A stretch of DNA of 64,000 bases from a virus (taxonomy: Duplodnaviria; Caudoviricetes), in the IMG/VR virus record IMGVR_UViG_3300027759_000043; one strand, given 5' to 3'. Both the position numbers and the translations under genes were made by a program. Shown here piece by piece: positions 38,459 to 47,628 of this stretch. The notes under the pieces are model-generated. The model searched no databases, was not told the origin of the DNA, and saw nothing but the letters and a program-made list of their open reading frames with translations. Numbering within the stretch: position 1 is the first letter of the stretch; every line of letters begins with the position of its first letter.

Positions 38459-38838
38459 TGGCATATTCAGACCGAGTGATTGATCACTATGAGAATCCAC
38501 GTAACGTGGGTAAATTTGAAATTGACGACACTGTCGGTACAGGCATGGTAGGTGCACCTGCTTGCGGTGATGTTATGAAACTACAGATCAAGGTAGGCAG
38601 TGATGGCATAATCACCGATGCAAGATTCAAAACATATGGTTGTGGAAGTGCAATTGCCAGCAGTTCATTGATCACAGAGATGGTAAAAGGCATGACCCTG
38701 GACCAAGCAGGCAAGATCAAAAATAGCGACATTGCTGAAGAACTGGCTCTACCACCTGTGAAAATTCATTGTAGCATCCTGGCCGAAGACGCCATCAAAG
38801 CCGCAGTAGCAGACTATCGCAAAAAACATTTGCAGTGA
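38458..38838 (+). CDS. iscU: Fe-S cluster scaffold IscU
   Basis: YSDRVIDHYENPRNVG, PACGD, GCGSAIAS, LPPVKIHC. Confidence 0.97.
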   Translation: MAYSDRVIDHYENPRNVGKFEIDDTVGTGMVGAPACGDVMKLQIKVGSDGIITDARFKTYGCGSAIASSSLITEMVKGMTLDQAGKIKNSDIAEELALPPVKIHCSILAEDAIKAAVADYRKKHLQ

Positions 38839-39773
38839 AAAGTGTAAACTGTTGGTTCTCTGATGATCAAAAATTCCTTGCCAACTGGTTCAAACACGAT
38901 ATAACCTGCACCGAATACTGGGTTAATTTACACGAAATTAATCTTCAATGTCTTGAACAAATCACTAAATCTGCCAGTCAAATTGTGTTTTATGATTGGA
39001 CTCATGCTGATCCCAAGATGTCATCATATTGGACTAATTTGGTTGAGTACGCCAACAACAAATGCGATACTATTTGGTACACCGTAAATCAATTACCAAT
39101 AGATAATTTACCTGTTAAAAAGTTTGATTTTTATTGGAATCGTTGCAAATCTAATCATGCACATGGTCACTGGCGCTGGAGATACAAATGTACAGGTGAA
39201 GAGTTGCCGCATCATCCATTGCATTGGCAGCCGAGAACGCACAAATATCTCAGTCTAATCCGCAGACCTAACAACTATCGAGACCAATTATATAAATTTT
39301 TAGAATCTTTTAAAGGTTTTTCCAGTAACAAATCTAAAGGACATATCTTAGAATCAGATATTGGAACAGAAAAGGATGTCTTGAATGGTTTAAATGTACC
39401 ACCTGCTAAACATTATTTTGACAACAGTTATGTGAGTTGTCAGGTGGAAAGCCAACATCTCACTGGAGGATCAGTGGTATTCAGTGAAAAAACTTACGAT
39501 CATTTGATTCAGGGCCGTTTTGTTTTGAACTTTGGTCCACAACATTTTTATCGCTGTCTCGAACAACAAGGATGGAAACTCTGGCAAGGAATTGACCTTG
39601 CATGGGACTCTGTTGAGTACGATGCTGTTAGATGGCAAGGATATGTTGACACATTGAAACACATCCTTGAATTGAGTACGGCTGATTTACATGATCTTTT
39701 TTTGTTAAATAAATACAACATAGAGCACAATTGGCAAATGCTCTATGATAAACCTTATGATATCCTTAACTGA
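38835..39773 (+). CDS. GT10-like/GT-B C-terminal domain protein
   Basis: VSCQVES...FSEKTY...FVLNFG; AT-rich insert between iscU and iscA. Confidence 0.45.
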   Translation: MKSVNCWFSDDQKFLANWFKHDITCTEYWVNLHEINLQCLEQITKSASQIVFYDWTHADPKMSSYWTNLVEYANNKCDTIWYTVNQLPIDNLPVKKFDFYWNRCKSNHAHGHWRWRYKCTGEELPHHPLHWQPRTHKYLSLIRRPNNYRDQLYKFLESFKGFSSNKSKGHILESDIGTEKDVLNGLNVPPAKHYFDNSYVSCQVESQHLTGGSVVFSEKTYDHLIQGRFVLNFGPQHFYRCLEQQGWKLWQGIDLAWDSVEYDAVRWQGYVDTLKHILELSTADLHDLFLLNKYNIEHNWQMLYDKPYDILN

Positions 39774-40080
39774 CACAGCCAGAAACAAAATACAAAAATT
39801 AGTCACAGCCAAAGGTTACGCTGGTATTCGTCTTGGGGTAAAAACTACAGGTTGCAGTGGCCTTGCTTATGTGTTAGAATACGTTAAAGAATACACACCT
39901 GAACAGTATGTTATTAACTACGCACAAAATGATTTTGTGGTATTAGTAAATCAAAAAGACAATGTGTATCTTCAAAACATGACAGTAGACTATGTGCGTC
40001 AAGGCCTCAACGAAGGCTTTGACTTTTCAAATCCCAATGAACGTGATCGCTGTGGTTGCGGAGAAAGTTTTAGAGTTTAA
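39757..40080 (+). CDS. iscA: Fe-S A-type carrier IscA
   Basis: IRLGVKTTGCSGLAY, CGCGESF. Confidence 0.95.
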   Translation: MISLTDTARNKIQKLVTAKGYAGIRLGVKTTGCSGLAYVLEYVKEYTPEQYVINYAQNDFVVLVNQKDNVYLQNMTVDYVRQGLNEGFDFSNPNERDRCGCGESFRV

Positions 40081-40081
40081 T

Positions 40082-40798
40082 TTGTACAATCCAAAATTTG
40101 ATTATCAACCAATTCCTCGCGTGACAATAGAGGGTAAGCGTTACTATGCCACCCCAGATGGCAACAACTTACCCAGTGTGACCACAATCCTGGACCGAAC
40201 AAAACCCCCAGAAAAAGTTGAAGCACTTGCTCAATGGCGACGTCGTGTGGGCGCAGAAAAAGCACAACAAATCACAACCGAAGCCGCCAATCGTGGCACA
40301 CGTATGCATACCTATCTTGAACAGTATGTCAAGGAGGGAGCGATCAAAGAGCGCGGATCAAATCCTTTCTCCTGGCCCAGCCATGTGATGGCAGAAACTG
40401 TGATCAGAGATGGACTTAAAAATGTTACAGAATTTTGGGGTATTGAAGTTCCCTTATACTTTCCCTCCATTTACGCAGGCACAACAGATGGTGCAGGTAT
40501 ACACTTAAATGAAGAAAGCATATTAGATTACAAGCAAACCAACAAGCCCAAAAAGCGTGAATGGATTGACGATTATTTTGTACAACTGTGCGCCTACGCA
40601 GAAGCACACAATGAATTACACGGCACAAAAATACGCAAAGGTGTTATTTTGATGTGTGTCAAACCCGATCTAGATGAGCAACACAATATCATTGGAAAAC
40701 CCGAATACCAGGAATTTGTGTTAGAAGGTGCAGAATTTGATCGTTACCGAGATCTATGGTGGCGAAAGGTCGAGCAGTACTACATGCTAAATACATGA
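40082..40798 (+). CDS. PD-(D/E)XK exonuclease
   Basis: LPSVTTIL, RGTRMH, YAGTTD, LDYKQ, QLCAY; probable TTG start. Confidence 0.85.
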   Translation: MYNPKFDYQPIPRVTIEGKRYYATPDGNNLPSVTTILDRTKPPEKVEALAQWRRRVGAEKAQQITTEAANRGTRMHTYLEQYVKEGAIKERGSNPFSWPSHVMAETVIRDGLKNVTEFWGIEVPLYFPSIYAGTTDGAGIHLNEESILDYKQTNKPKKREWIDDYFVQLCAYAEAHNELHGTKIRKGVILMCVKPDLDEQHNIIGKPEYQEFVLEGAEFDRYRDLWWRKVEQYYMLNT

Positions 40799-40817
40799 TA
40801 GCAAGAGGACAACCACT

Positions 40818-41306
40818 GTGGCAATTGTACAAGTATCCCGAATAACAAACCGTAAAGGCCTAGAAGAAAATCTACCGCAATTGGCCGGAGCCGAACTAGG
40901 TTGGGCAACAGATGCCCGCAAATTATACATTGGTAATGGCACACTCGAGGACGGCGCTCCTGTGATTGGTAATACTGAAATTCTTACTGAATTCAGCGCA
41001 GTGCCTTTTCCAACTGCTGTGACTCTAGCAGATAATACAGCATCGGCCACCACAGCATTCAGTCTTGCGGCCAACACCGCAGTGATCGCTTATACCATCA
41101 TTAGAAACACTGCACTCAGCGCAGGAACTATTTTGGTGGCCGCTTCAGGTGCTGGGGTAGCATTTAATGCCACTGCACAAACAGTTGGTACTACCGGCAT
41201 AGTCTTGAGTGCAATCTATGCTGATGATCTAATTCAAATACAGTATACCAGTACCTCCACTGGGTCAAGTGCCCAACTAACATACGCAGTTACAATCTCA
41301 TCCTAA
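40818..41306 (+). CDS. Virion structural protein (fibre/tropism-determinant-like N-terminus)
   Basis: LPQLAGAELGWATD.RKLYIGNG; TAAATA plus SD GAGG, GTG start. Confidence 0.6.
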   Translation: MAIVQVSRITNRKGLEENLPQLAGAELGWATDARKLYIGNGTLEDGAPVIGNTEILTEFSAVPFPTAVTLADNTASATTAFSLAANTAVIAYTIIRNTALSAGTILVAASGAGVAFNATAQTVGTTGIVLSAIYADDLIQIQYTSTSTGSSAQLTYAVTISS

Positions 41307-41731
41307 TGTGGCCTGCTACCTTTGAACAGCGCCTGCATGCGTGGGGTGTTCTTCGTGAATCAATCCGATACGCACCATTACCACAAGCACTTGCGGACAT
41401 CAATGCCTGGTGGTTTCACGCACCCTGGCGAGCCTATCATTTGCACTGGGATGATCAGGTCGTTTGGCCAGATCCCTGGCAATTATTGAGTGATAATCTC
41501 TATTGTGATCTTGCTCGAGGGCTGGGAATCCTGTATACTATTACTATGTTAGATCGACCTGATCTGCAGGATTTGTTATTGGCCGAGACTGAACAGGGGA
41601 ATTTAGTCCTGGACCAGGATCGGAAATATATACTGAATTGGGACTCAGAGCAGGTGTTAAATATCAATCCGGGGCAGATCAATGTCCGTCACAGCATTAC
41701 GCAAGAGCAAATAAAACAACAAATTAGGTAA
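41306..41731 (+). CDS. Transglutaminase-like cysteine-protease-fold protein (BTLCP-like)
   Basis: INAW...WPDPWQLL..NLYCDLA resembles the W-x-P...CxDxA pattern. Confidence 0.35.
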   Translation: MWPATFEQRLHAWGVLRESIRYAPLPQALADINAWWFHAPWRAYHLHWDDQVVWPDPWQLLSDNLYCDLARGLGILYTITMLDRPDLQDLLLAETEQGNLVLDQDRKYILNWDSEQVLNINPGQINVRHSITQEQIKQQIR

Positions 41732-41733
41732 CA

Positions 41734-44049
41734 ATGAAGCAAATTACAGTACAAAAACGCAGTGGTCGCCGCGAGCCGCTAGCGTTGGAAAAATGGCAGG
41801 CACAGATAGCCAAGGTATGTGCAGGCATAGCAGACGTGAGCCAGAGCATGATTGAGATCAAGGCACAACTGCATTTTTATGATGGCATTACAACTAACGA
41901 AATTGATGGTATCACATTACGAGCAATAGTGGACTTGATTGACGTAGAATCAAATCCCGACGTTGGACACACCAACTATCAATATGTAGCAGGCAAACAA
42001 CGACTATCAATGTTGCGTAAAGATGTCTACGGATCATATGATCCTCCCCACTTGTATGAGATTGTAAAGAAGAATGTGGCCACTGGCCTATACACTCCTG
42101 AACTGCTGGAGTGGTACAGTGAAGACGACTGGAATCGTATGGAAGACATGATTGATCATGCCAAGGACGAACAGTACTCATATGCGGCGGTGGAACAACT
42201 GATTGAAAAGTATCTTGTGCGTAACAGAAGCACAAAAGAAATTTATGAAACGCCACAAGTGCGTTACATGATTGCGGCTGCTACGGTGTTCCACAAGGAA
42301 GAACCCAACACAGCCCGTATGCGTTACATAAAGGAATACTACAATGCCGCAAGTGATGGATTGTTTACCCTTGCTACTCCCGTCCTTGCTGGTCTCGGTA
42401 CCCCTACTAAGCAATTCAGTTCGTGCGTACTCATTCGCAGTGATGATGACCTGGATAGTATTTTTGCTAGTGGCGAGATGATGGCCAAGTATGCCAGCAA
42501 GCGAGCAGGCATTGGTTTAGAAATTGGACGCTTACGTCCGCTAGGTTCGCCCATACGTGGCGGCGAAATCATGCACACCGGCATGATACCATTTTTAAAG
42601 AAGTGGTTCGGAGATTTACGCTCATGCTCACAAGGAGGTATTCGCAATGCAAGTGCTACTGTATTTTATCCCATTTGGCATCATCAGTTTGATGATCTTA
42701 TCGTTCTTAAGAACAATCAAGGAACAGAAGAAACCCGTGTCCGGCACATGGACTATGGGGTTGTTCTTTCCGCATTTTTCTGGAGGCGATTCAAGAATAA
42801 AGAAAACATAACTTTCTTTGATCCCAACCAAGTACCTGAACTGTACGAAGCGTTCTATGCCAACACCGAACGTTTTGAAAAACTCTATGTGGAATACGAA
42901 AAGCGTCGGGACCTGCGCACTAAGACCATGAGTGCTGAAGAAGTATTCAAGTCAGGCATACTCAAAGAGCGCACTGACACAGGACGTATCTATCTTGTGT
43001 TTATTGACAATGTTCAGAATCAAGGACCGTTTGATACTGAATATCACACCATTTACCAGAGTAACCTTTGCTGTGAAATCTTACTTCCTACAAAACCTTT
43101 TAAACGCTTGGACGACGCCGAAGGCCGAATCGCTTTATGTACTCTTGGATCGATCAACTGGGGTGCGTTTCGCAATCCTGAAGACATGCGTCGTGCTTGC
43201 AGAATTCTGCAACGCAGTCTCTGTAACATTCTCGACTACCAAGACTTCCTGTCGATCCAGAGTCAGTTATCAAATGACGAAATTCAGCCGCTTGGTATCG
43301 GCATTACTAACCTTGCTTACTGGCATGCCAAGCGAGGACTGCAATATGGTAACAAAGACGCTCTTGGAGAGGTCAAATCTTGGATGGAACACCAGGCCTT
43401 CTATCTTACCGAAGCAACAGTTGAACTTGCTAAAGAAAGAGGCCGTTGCAAAGATTCTGACCGCACCTGGTACGGTCGTGGTATTTTTCCTTGGGAACGC
43501 CGTGCCAAAGGCGTAAATGAATTAACGGACTTCTCTCCTGAACTAAACTGGGAAGGCCTACGTGCCGAAATGAGATCATATGGTGTTCGTAATGCTACCT
43601 TGATGGCTATTGCACCTGTTGAAAGTTCTAGTGTAGTAATCAATTCAACCAATGGCATTGAAATGCCTATGTCACTTATTTCAGTTAAGGAAAGCAAAGC
43701 AGGTTCCCTTACACAAGTTGTCCCTGAGTATCATAAACTCAAGAACAAGTATCAAATGATGTGGGCGCAGAAAGACTGTGATGGTTATTTAAAAACAGCG
43801 GCTGTATTAGCGGCCTACGTTGATCAGAGTATCAGTACTAACACATTCTATAATCCAGCACACTTTGCTGATCGTAAAGTTCCCACAACATTGATTGCTC
43901 GGAACTTGATGCAAGCACACCACTGGGGATTGAAAACATTCTACTACAGCCTGATCAACAAAGCAGGATCAAAACAAACTGCCGAAGCGGCACCTCTTGA
44001 GGTCATTGACTTTGATCTTGAGGAAGACTGCGAAGCCTGCAAGTTATGA
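41734..44049 (+). CDS. nrdA: Ribonucleotide reductase class Ia alpha subunit
   Basis: ATP cone, FSSC, SNLCCE, ALCTL, LGIG, APVESSS, TFYY, terminal CEAC. Confidence 0.97.
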   Translation: MKQITVQKRSGRREPLALEKWQAQIAKVCAGIADVSQSMIEIKAQLHFYDGITTNEIDGITLRAIVDLIDVESNPDVGHTNYQYVAGKQRLSMLRKDVYGSYDPPHLYEIVKKNVATGLYTPELLEWYSEDDWNRMEDMIDHAKDEQYSYAAVEQLIEKYLVRNRSTKEIYETPQVRYMIAAATVFHKEEPNTARMRYIKEYYNAASDGLFTLATPVLAGLGTPTKQFSSCVLIRSDDDLDSIFASGEMMAKYASKRAGIGLEIGRLRPLGSPIRGGEIMHTGMIPFLKKWFGDLRSCSQGGIRNASATVFYPIWHHQFDDLIVLKNNQGTEETRVRHMDYGVVLSAFFWRRFKNKENITFFDPNQVPELYEAFYANTERFEKLYVEYEKRRDLRTKTMSAEEVFKSGILKERTDTGRIYLVFIDNVQNQGPFDTEYHTIYQSNLCCEILLPTKPFKRLDDAEGRIALCTLGSINWGAFRNPEDMRRACRILQRSLCNILDYQDFLSIQSQLSNDEIQPLGIGITNLAYWHAKRGLQYGNKDALGEVKSWMEHQAFYLTEATVELAKERGRCKDSDRTWYGRGIFPWERRAKGVNELTDFSPELNWEGLRAEMRSYGVRNATLMAIAPVESSSVVINSTNGIEMPMSLISVKESKAGSLTQVVPEYHKLKNKYQMMWAQKDCDGYLKTAAVLAAYVDQSISTNTFYNPAHFADRKVPTTLIARNLMQAHHWGLKTFYYSLINKAGSKQTAEAAPLEVIDFDLEEDCEACKL

Positions 44050-44243
44050 ACAGTTTAGAAAAGATCTGGGCCCGGGCCACCGGGCACTTGATGGGCGAGA
44101 GTGACCATGATCGCCCGGATGTACCTATACTGACCTTGCGAGAAGCCCGAATAGCACTATTTTTCAAAACGTTCTGGGTTATAATACATGTTATAACTTG
44201 TGGCTTTATCATAGCCAACACAATTAGACACTGGAACAATTAA
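44046..44243 (+). CDS. Small membrane protein
   Basis: 65 aa, C-terminal TM, ATGA-coupled. Confidence 0.65.
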   Translation: MNSLEKIWARATGHLMGESDHDRPDVPILTLREARIALFFKTFWVIIHVITCGFIIANTIRHWNN

Positions 44244-44248
44244 ATTCA

Positions 44249-45394
44249 ATGAATTCAAAAACTTTTTGTTTAGCCCCTTGGGTTAGTACCTGTGTATTAC
44301 CAACTGGAAAATTGGCACCCTGTTGCCAATGGACAGGAATGTCGGACATTAATTTTCAAGAGTTTGATTCTTGGATAAATTCAGATTATCTCCAAAATAT
44401 TAGAAAACGCATGTATGAAGGAGAACAAATTTCAGAGTGTAACAAGTGCTGGAAGGATGAAAGTGTTGGCAAACAAAGTTTAAGAGAGATTTATAATCGT
44501 GAGTTTTCTAAATTTTCGATTCGAGACAGTATTAATAAAACTTGGCAAGTAAAAGACAGTGTATGTGCCTTGGATCTTAAACTTGGAAATTTGTGCAATT
44601 TAAAATGTGTCATGTGTAACCCATTTTCAAGTAGCCAATTATTAACTGAATACAAAACACATTCAGAACAATTTGACAATTTAAAAACTTATTCAATAGA
44701 GTTCTTAGAGGAAGATTTTTCATGGCCGCTGACGGAGGCTTTTAAGATGTTTCTAAGTAAGTTTCAAAATCAAATTAAATGGATTAAATTTACTGGCGGC
44801 GAACCAACAATCATTCCGCATGTGTTGGATGTACTAGATAATATAAATTGTGCCTCAGAGACAACAGTAAGTTTTACTACCAATGCTACAAAACTTGACC
44901 AAAAATTTATCGACAAAATTAAAAAATTTAATACAGTCTGGTTAAGTGTCAGTCTTGAAGGAATAGAAGAACATAACGATCAGATTAGATTTTTATCCAA
45001 CTGGAATGAAGTAGAAAAAAATATCTTGAGAGTTTGTAATTTACCAAACGTATATTTTAATATTAATTATGTTTTGCAATGCTTTAGTGTGTCTACTTTT
45101 ATACCTCTATTAAAGTGGTGTGAAAAACATCAAATTACACTATGTATTCTAAAATTATCAAACCCGGACTATTTGAGTATAGACGGAGTAGACATAAATA
45201 TCATAAACAAATTTGCAGATAGTCTTAGCGAATTAAATTTAACTAAAAATCAAAATGTAATATTGCAAGTGCTGGGCCACCTGCAAACACACAAATACAG
45301 TAAAGACCTTGCCCGACAACGGCATGAATATTTACAACTAATAGATTCTATTAGATCAACAAAAACAGATCAAATTATTCAGGAAATGACATGA
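44249..45394 (+). CDS. Radical SAM protein, SPASM/twitch-first architecture
   Basis: FCLAPW...LAPCC...CNKC, then CNLKCVMC, FTGGEP, SLEG. Confidence 0.9.
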   Translation: MNSKTFCLAPWVSTCVLPTGKLAPCCQWTGMSDINFQEFDSWINSDYLQNIRKRMYEGEQISECNKCWKDESVGKQSLREIYNREFSKFSIRDSINKTWQVKDSVCALDLKLGNLCNLKCVMCNPFSSSQLLTEYKTHSEQFDNLKTYSIEFLEEDFSWPLTEAFKMFLSKFQNQIKWIKFTGGEPTIIPHVLDVLDNINCASETTVSFTTNATKLDQKFIDKIKKFNTVWLSVSLEGIEEHNDQIRFLSNWNEVEKNILRVCNLPNVYFNINYVLQCFSVSTFIPLLKWCEKHQITLCILKLSNPDYLSIDGVDINIINKFADSLSELNLTKNQNVILQVLGHLQTHKYSKDLARQRHEYLQLIDSIRSTKTDQIIQEMT

Positions 45395-46491
45395 GTCAAG
45401 CACAATACAATTTAAAAACAAAAACAGATTATCTCAGTCGCAAGATGTTCTTGGATCCAGCAGGGCCTGTGACCGTACAACGATTTGAAGAAGTCAAATA
45501 TAACAAACTGGTCAAGTACGAACAAGAAGCACGTGGTTTCTTTTGGGTGCCAGAGGAAATATCTTTGACCAAAGACGCACAAGACTTCAAAGACGCCAGT
45601 GACACTGTCAAGCATATCTTTACATCAAACTTGCTACGTCAAACAGCACTAGACAGTTTGCAAGGTCGTGGTCCTAGTCAAATTTTTACGCCGGTAGTGT
45701 CAATCCCAGAACTAGAAGCACTAGTATACAACTGGACATTCTTTGAAACAAACATTCACTCACGCAGTTATAGTCATATCATTCGCAACATCTACAACGT
45801 GCCCAAGGATGTGTTCAACACAATTCATGATACACAAGAGATTGTGGACATGGCATCAAGTGTTGGCAACTACTACGACCGACTACACATGATCAACTGT
45901 CGCAAAGAACTGTTAGAAGAATTTCCTGAGCGTGAACATATCAAAGCCGTCTGGTTGGCACTCAATGCCAGTTATGCGTTAGAAGCATTCCGCTTTATGG
46001 TATCATTTGCCACAAGCCTAGCCATGGTAGAGAACAAGATCTTTATCGGCAACGGCAACATTATTCAGTTGATCCTGCAAGATGAAATGCTACACAAAGA
46101 GTGGACAGCATGGTTGATCAATCAAGTGATCAAAGAGGATGCACGTTTTGCCGCTGTCAAAACTGAATGTGAAGCAGAAGTATACCAAATGTATCTAGAT
46201 GTTATTCGTGAAGAAAAAGCCTGGGCTGACTACTTGTTTAACAAAGGTCCGGTGATTGGTCTTAATGCAAACATTCTTAAAGACTTTGTGGACTTCACAG
46301 CATTCAATGCACTCAAAGAAATTGGCATCAAGTACACAGAAGATCATCCACGTTCAACACCCATTCCTTGGTTTACCAAGCACGTGGACACCAGCAAGAA
46401 ACAAACTGCACTGCAAGAGAACGAATCAACTAACTATGTTATTGGAGTCATGAGTGACAGCATTGATTACGACGAATTACCAGAATTATAA
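45391..46491 (+). CDS. nrdB: Ribonucleotide reductase class Ia beta subunit
   Basis: FFWVPEE, LDSLQGR, E.NIHSRSY (radical Tyr), LEAFRF, DEMLH, QE.E...Y. Confidence 0.97.
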   Translation: MSQAQYNLKTKTDYLSRKMFLDPAGPVTVQRFEEVKYNKLVKYEQEARGFFWVPEEISLTKDAQDFKDASDTVKHIFTSNLLRQTALDSLQGRGPSQIFTPVVSIPELEALVYNWTFFETNIHSRSYSHIIRNIYNVPKDVFNTIHDTQEIVDMASSVGNYYDRLHMINCRKELLEEFPEREHIKAVWLALNASYALEAFRFMVSFATSLAMVENKIFIGNGNIIQLILQDEMLHKEWTAWLINQVIKEDARFAAVKTECEAEVYQMYLDVIREEKAWADYLFNKGPVIGLNANILKDFVDFTAFNALKEIGIKYTEDHPRSTPIPWFTKHVDTSKKQTALQENESTNYVIGVMSDSIDYDELPEL

Positions 46492-46505
46492 CAAGGAAAA
46501 TAAAA

Positions 46506-46736
46506 ATGAAAGCAATTGTATGGTCAAAAGACCAGTGCCCTTATTGCACTCAAGCAAAGGCATTGTTAGAAAGCCGAGGTATCGAGTATGAAGAACGCAA
46601 TATCAATAACGGTTGGGACAAAGAAGATTTACTGGCGGCAGTACCAACGGCTAGAACATTACCACAAATTTTCCTAGATGAAGAATTAGTGGGCGGATTC
46701 ACAGAACTTAGACAAAGGTTAACACATGCTACTTGA
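46506..46736 (+). CDS. Glutaredoxin
   Basis: CPYC, TLPQIF, VGGF. Confidence 0.95.
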   Translation: MKAIVWSKDQCPYCTQAKALLESRGIEYEERNINNGWDKEDLLAAVPTARTLPQIFLDEELVGGFTELRQRLTHAT

Positions 46737-47022
46737 AATTGACAAAGGACTCGCCGAAGGCGACGTGGTTACACTCAAACTCACATCAGGTGAGGAGATT
46801 GTGGCACGATTGGACAAAGAGACTGACACACACTACAGACTAACCAAGCCCATGGTGATTGCCATGGGACCGAACGGTCCAGGGTTGTTGCCTTACTTGT
46901 TTACAGTGAGTCCGGACAAGACTATTGGCCTATCCAAAGGTACCGTGACTGTGGCTGTGACTTCGGACAAACAGTTTGCAAGTCAATACATGCAGAGCAC
47001 AACCAACATACAAATGGTTTAA
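46726..47022 (+). CDS. Small beta-barrel (Sm-like) hypothetical protein
   Basis: VVTLKLTSGEEIVARL. Confidence 0.55.
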   Translation: MLLEIDKGLAEGDVVTLKLTSGEEIVARLDKETDTHYRLTKPMVIAMGPNGPGLLPYLFTVSPDKTIGLSKGTVTVAVTSDKQFASQYMQSTTNIQMV

Positions 47023-47053
47023 CGCACCAGATTTCTACTTCCATAAATAATCA

Positions 47054-47269
47054 ATGGGACATCGCTTTGTAATCATGCACAACGAACAGTTGTCGGAATA
47101 CACCGAGTACGAGCAAATTCCCAGTGAATTTGATCACGTGATAGAGTTTGCTCCTGAAATCCCGCCAGGACCGCACACTGATCAAGATCATGAAGAAATT
47201 GATCAGTGGCAGACTAAATTTGAAAGATTAATGGAAATAGAATATGCCAGCAGCCGCAAGAAAGAGTGA
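47054..47269 (+). CDS. Small acidic late protein
   Basis: ATG 4 nt after TAAATA. Confidence 0.7.
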   Translation: MGHRFVIMHNEQLSEYTEYEQIPSEFDHVIEFAPEIPPGPHTDQDHEEIDQWQTKFERLMEIEYASSRKKE

Positions 47270-47627
47270 TAAGTGTGTGCCACATTGCTCGCCTTTTACC
47301 GTGGCAAAGGGCAGTGCCGATGTGTTTACTGATGGCAAAGCGGCATCTCGCGTGGGCGACACAGTTACCTCTCACAAAACACCCGGTGGCGGTGCGGCAG
47401 CGGGACAAGCAGCCAGCATAGGAGCAAAGTTTGCTCCACCTCCTTACAGTTTTGCTTTGATGGCCGTGGGCTTTGTGATGAAAAAATGTACTGACCATGC
47501 GCCGGCAATTGCCACAGGTTCCAGTAGTGTTTTTATAAATGGCAAGCCAGCCGCCTTTGTTGGTAGTAGTATAACTGGATGTACCAGTGTGTCTGCTGGC
47601 AGTCAAACTGTGTTTATTGGTAGATAA
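47244..47627 (+). CDS. PAAR spike-tip protein (gp5.4-like) with an internal insert
   Basis: PAAAR, GKAASRVGD, GKPAAFVG; His/Cys ligands. Confidence 0.85.
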   Translation: MPAAARKSDKCVPHCSPFTVAKGSADVFTDGKAASRVGDTVTSHKTPGGGAAAGQAASIGAKFAPPPYSFALMAVGFVMKKCTDHAPAIATGSSSVFINGKPAAFVGSSITGCTSVSAGSQTVFIGR

Positions 47628-47628
47628 C

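Noticed and set aside
30773-46491. Inteins or introns in helicase, NrdA or NrdB
   Set aside because: Protein lengths and motif spacing are normal; no intein block motifs or frame breaks.
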